Source: Mobula hypostoma (lineage: Eukaryota). From it: a stretch of 64,000 nt of DNA. The notes beneath the pieces are model-generated. The model did no database searches, had not been told where the DNA came from, and saw only the letters and a program-made list of their open reading frames with translations. This document shows, in pieces, positions 61,945-64,000 of this stretch. Positions within the stretch are counted from its first letter, which is position 1. Each line of letters starts with the position of its first letter. A program made the position numbers and the translations under genes. The stretch spans positions 11,284,001 to 11,348,000 of the forward strand of contig NC_086123.1 in assembly GCF_963921235.1 (NCBI RefSeq), in the 5' to 3' direction.

Positions 61945-62237
61945 CTCCTTCTTTTCAGTCTATGTGTGTCACCCCTCTTAGTGCACCCTCTCTCACATTT
62001 CTACAATGTAAAATACACCTCTTCTCATAATATGAAAGAACATTTACCTAAAACATTAATCCTTTCTTTCTCTCTCCATATACTGCCCTACCAGTTGAAT
62101 ATTTCCAGAATTCTTACTTGTATTTCTGAATAGAACATAGTTGGAAACTAATACCCATGCAGCTTACAAAAACCTGAATCCAGATGAGTTTGTCATTATG
62201 ACTAAGGTTTGAAAAAAGGTTTAGGGTTCTAATATTT

Positions 62238-62368
62238 TTCTGTCATTCATACTCTGGGTTTTTTTCTTCTGTTTCGTGGATGTCAGTGAAGAGTAAGAAT
62301 TTCAGGTTGTATACCGTATACTTTCTCTGATATTAAATTGAACCATTTGAACCATTGAACCATTGAAA
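62238..62368 (+). mobile_element. LINE-type 3' tail
   Basis: AAGAATTTCAGGTTGTATAC..ATTAAA followed by (TTGAACCA)n. Confidence 0.6.
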
Positions 62369-62889
62369 AACACACAGATGACAAATGATACCAAGTTGAA
62401 GTAGATACTGGTGTTGAGATACTTTGAAATTTTTCATCTACAGTGTCACAGAAGTGCACCTGTGCCCAGCTTCTCTGAGGCTCTTGTCACTAACAGGCTG
62501 AGATTCTGCAAACTGGGTTCAGGCTACAGTGAACATTTTCCAAGAAAACCACCCAATTCCAAAGGTATAGAATGGACAAATGGGAGAATAGGAGAGAGTG
62601 GAGAGACAGGATAGACACATGTAGAGAGAAAAGACATACTTACAGAGAGGGAGGGAGTGGATACCCATGCACAGTGAACAAACTGCAAGAGATATGACGT
62701 ACAGTATCTCACCTGAAATATCGATCTCTTACTGTTTGCATGAGCCTGCTTCCATTTTCTGTGTTGTGGATGTTGTAACATAGTTGCTAGGTCTCTGAGT
62801 ATTCATCATTTGCCGTGATCAGTGTCTAAGTAATTTCCCCTACCAGCAGTGGTGTGGAGTTCCTTGTAGCATGGGGTCCTGCACTTGTA

Positions 62890-63076
62890 ATGCTGGAGAC
62901 TGAGAAGTAATCTTATAGAAGTGTATAAGATCAGGCTGGATTTAGATAGAGAAGGTGAATACCTTTGGTCTTACACTGAATGTTGGGAATAAAGAACTAG
63001 AGGGCACAGGTTTAAGGTGAGTTGGGAAAGATTTAGTAGGAATGAGGGATAACCGTTTTACACAAAGGGTAGTATG
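62890..63076 (+). mobile_element. Degenerate CR1 fragment
   Basis: RLR.NLIEVYKI..G.DR / TRGHRFKV / FTQRVV motifs. Confidence 0.65.
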
Positions 63077-64000
63077 CTAGATCTAGATTCAAAAGACCTC
63101 CGCCTAATCAGAAATCTGTACTGGGAATAAACTGCCACTGTAAGAATCGATGGAGAAGTGAGTCAGTTTACAAAAATCAAGAGAGGCGTTAGACAAGGGT
63201 GTGTTTTCTCCCCTGATTTGTTTAATGTGTACAGTGAAACAATGTTTCAAGAAATAAGAGACATCTTGGGAATCAAAGTTGGCGGTGAAAATATCAATAA
63301 TTTCAGATATGCAGATGATAGTGTGTTAATTGCAAGTACAGAGGAAGAACTACAAAACTTAATTGATACAGTTGTTGAAGAAAGTGCAGAAATGGGTCTC
63401 TCTATGAATTGCAAAAAGACAGAATATATGGTGATATCCAAAAAGAATGAGAATCCTATCTGCAGGCTGAGAATAAATGGGGAAGACATGACATAAGAAC
63501 AGAACTTTTGCCACTTAGGAAGCTGGGTGACATCAGATGGCAGGTGCGACATGGATATCAAAAGAAGAATAGGGATGGCAAAAGACAACTTTACGAGAAT
63601 GAAGAGTATACTGACCAACACTAAACTAGGCATGACAACCCGCCTCAGAGTACTGAAATGTTACGTTTATCCAGTTATGTTATATGGCTCAGAATGTTGG
63701 ACAATATCTAGTAACATAAGGAAACGAATTGTAGCAGCAGAGATATGGTTTTTGAGGACGATGCAAAGAATATCATGGACGAAATGAATATCTAATGAGG
63801 ATGTCATGAACAGAACAAACACAAAAAGAGAAATAATGTATGAGATCATGAAAAGGCAACGTAACTTCATTGGACATGTGATTAGGAAAGAGGAGTTAGA
63901 ATGCACGATAATTATGGGAAAGATTGAAGGGAAGAAGGCAAGAGGAAGACAAAGACAAGTGATGATGGAGACAGCAGCCAGAGAACTGGAAATGGATACC
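63077..64000 (+). mobile_element. RTE-clade LINE reverse transcriptase region (pseudogenised, runs off the window)
   Basis: IKRGVRQGCVFSPDLFNVYSE, NINNFRYADD, DIKRRIGMAK..F, YVYPVMLYGSECWT, GKIEGKKARGRQR; in-frame stops near 63128, 63494 and 63785. Confidence 0.96.

Noticed and set aside
61658-62133. Cys-Val / Thr-His repeat ORFs
   Set aside because: Translations of (TG)n microsatellites.
1-64000. CRISPR array, operon or other prokaryotic system
   Set aside because: No regularly spaced repeat-spacer units, very low coding density and vertebrate transposons throughout.

Overview
Eukaryotic, transposon-dense, apparently non-coding DNA (intron or gene desert). The repeat repertoire looks like that of a cartilaginous fish, probably a batoid; this is an inference from repeat families only. 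It comprises CR1 LINEs, Rex1/Babar-type LINEs with short tandem tails, RTE LINEs and their SINEs, HE1/V-SINE-like SINEs, Tc1, Tigger, Harbinger and hAT derivatives, Gypsy/LTR relics and Penelope-like (PLE) fragments. I found no convincing host protein-coding exon. Every long ORF is a transposon fragment, and most repeat boundaries are approximate (about 10-20 nt). Five signals stand out. (1) A family of ~100-210 bp PLE-derived inserts, each flanked by a target-site duplication (TSD), that carry minimal hammerhead ribozymes; one copy is structurally intact (6347-6384, minus) and several are arranged as palindromes. (2) A head-to-head RTE-LINE + tRNA-SINE chimera bounded by a single 10-bp TSD (26715-27450). 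(3) An 80-bp inverted templated insertion (12159-12238) copied from 15761-15840 into a CR1 RT motif. (4) A Tc1 deletion derivative with three terminal inverted repeats (TIRs), present in four copies. (5) Modular SINEs that share heads or RTE tails.
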